Source of the DNA: Gemmatimonadales bacterium
GTDB taxonomy: Bacteria > Gemmatimonadota > Gemmatimonadetes > Gemmatimonadales > GWC2-71-9
Length of the DNA stretch: 64,000 nucleotides
Direction of reading: 5' to 3'
Assembly (NCBI GenBank): GCA_036394755.1
Contig: DASWEL010000006.1
Coordinates: forward strand, 4,475 to 68,474
Part shown: one piece after another, positions 62,931-64,000 of the stretch
Layout of the letters: every line of letters begins with the position of its first letter
Position numbering within the stretch: position 1 is the first letter of the stretch
Notes under the pieces: generated by a model
Told to the model about the DNA's origin: nothing
Seen by the model: only the letters and a program-made list of their open reading frames with translations
Database searches by the model: none
Made by a program: the position numbers and the translations under genes

Positions 62931-64000
62931 AGGTCGATTCCCAGATCCTCCCACATGGCATCTACTCTTTGCTTGGTCTCCGCATCCATCACGATCTTGT
63001 TCGGCCACTCGCGCGTGAATCCCTCTTCCTTCCATTTCCGCGTCGCGTCGATTCCCATCTTCGAGCCGTACGTGAAGCCGCGGCTGGAGTGATCGAGCAC
63101 GTCGATCGGCCCCATCGTGAAGCGCACGTCACGCTCGGGATCGATGTGATTGAGCGCGACCCACCAGGCCTCCTTGGGATCGCGCACGTTGACGTCCTTG
63201 TCGACGACGACGATCACTTTGGCCAGTGACATCAATCCCTGCCCCCACAGGCCGCTCATCACCTTGTACGCCTGGCCCGGGTACTGCTTGTCAATGCTCA
63301 CGAACACCAGGTTGTGAAAGATCCCCTCGGCCGGCATGTGCAGGTCTACGATCTCGGGGATCGTGAGCTTGAGCAGCGGCAGGAAAATCCGCTCGGTCGC
63401 GTGGCCGAGGTAGTAGTCCTCCATCGGGGGGCGGCCCACGATCGTGTGCGGCCAGATGGGATCGTCCCGTAAGGTCACGGCGGTGACGTGTACCTTCGGG
63501 TAGTAGTCGGCGAGCGAGTAAAACCCGGTGTGGTCGCCGAACGGCCCCTCGAGTATCAGCTCTTCGCGCGGATCGATGTAGCCTTCGATCACGATCTCCG
63601 CTTCCGCGGGGACTTCGAGATCGGACGTCACCGCCTTGGCGAGACGCACCGGCTCCCCTCGCAGGAAGCCGGCGAACAGATACTCGTCGATCGTCGGCGG
63701 CAGCGGCGCCGACGCCGCATAGACGCTCGCAGGATCTCCGCCCAGCGCGATCGCCACCGGCATCTTCTCCCCGCGCTCCGCCATCGTGCGCCAGTGCGCC
63801 GCGCCAACTTTGTGACGCTGCCAGTGCATCGCCAACGTGTTCTTGCTCAACACCTGTACTCGATACATCCCCACATTCCGAACCCCCGACTCCGGGCTCC
63901 TCGTAATGACTCCTCCCAGCGTGATGTACGGCCCGCCGTCCTCGGGCCAGCAGATCGGTACCGGGAACTGGGCGAGGTCGACATCCGATTGCTCGATCAC
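62912..64000 (-). CDS. ubiD: UbiD-family (prenylated-FMN-dependent) decarboxylase. Partial: the N-terminus lies beyond the window.
   Basis: 'CWPEDGGPYITLGGVITR', 'RNVGMYRVQV' and 'GPFGDHTGFYS'. The ORF is open at the right edge. Confidence 0.9.
   Translation of the reverse strand: MIEQSDVDLAQFPVPICWPEDGGPYITLGGVITRSPESGVRNVGMYRVQVLSKNTLAMHWQRHKVGAAHWRTMAERGEKMPVAIALGGDPASVYAASAPLPPTIDEYLFAGFLRGEPVRLAKAVTSDLEVPAEAEIVIEGYIDPREELILEGPFGDHTGFYSLADYYPKVHVTAVTLRDDPIWPHTIVGRPPMEDYYLGHATERIFLPLLKLTIPEIVDLHMPAEGIFHNLVFVSIDKQYPGQAYKVMSGLWGQGLMSLAKVIVVVDKDVNVRDPKEAWWVALNHIDPERDVRFTMGPIDVLDHSSRGFTYGSKMGIDATRKWKEEGFTREWPNKIVMDAETKQRVDAMWEDLGIDLDGRGR

Overview
This is a 64 kb, visibly GC-rich chromosomal segment (codon third positions are mostly G/C; GC was not computed) from a diderm bacterium. 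The phylum cannot be assigned from this sequence alone. The window is densely coding and almost entirely housekeeping. I support about 58 CDS, one tRNA-Leu(TAG), two ordinary stem-loop terminators and a set of unusual short-repeat hairpins. I saw no rRNA, CRISPR array, integrase, transposase or prophage.

Main blocks:
1. Phosphate block (11-11096): phoR, a tightly coupled GT4 glycosyltransferase / NPP-type phosphodiesterase / PAP2 phosphatase operon, a porin, pstS-pstC-pstA-pstB-pstB-phoU and a translationally coupled arsC.
2. Rhomboid protease, dnaK and htrA.
3. caa3-type cytochrome c oxidase operon ctaC-D-E-F-G, preceded by a Met-rich secreted protein.
4. tRNA-Leu, tig, clpP, clpX and engB.
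5. Signalling genes: hybrid histidine kinase, FHA-GAF-adenylate cyclase, REC-HD-GYP regulator and a GspE/PilB-type ATPase fused to a receiver domain.
6. trpE, maf, dtd, glmS-glmM, a trans-sulfuration enzyme, an M48 peptidase, purD and mutM.
7. An ABC exporter with a DUF1854 partner, and an MFP / FtsX-permease / TolC operon with no ATPase gene.
8. ubiX, SnoaL-like protein, M1 peptidase, YfcE and a DUF922-like protein in one overlapping operon, then oligopeptidase B, ubiA and a partial ubiD.

The most unusual signal is not a gene cluster. It is a recurring class of hairpins or arrays whose arms are built from tandem 7-10 nt oligomers, with a different unit sequence at each locus. Two copies share identical 12-nt termini. 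One lies in frame inside engB and another forms the N-terminal extension of the second pstB.

Other points worth a second look are the Pho-embedded putative lipid-remodelling operon, the orphan GspE-REC fusion next to an Omp85-like protein, and the Met-rich protein upstream of the oxidase. Many long ORFs in the track are antisense or off-frame shadows typical of GC-rich DNA and were rejected.
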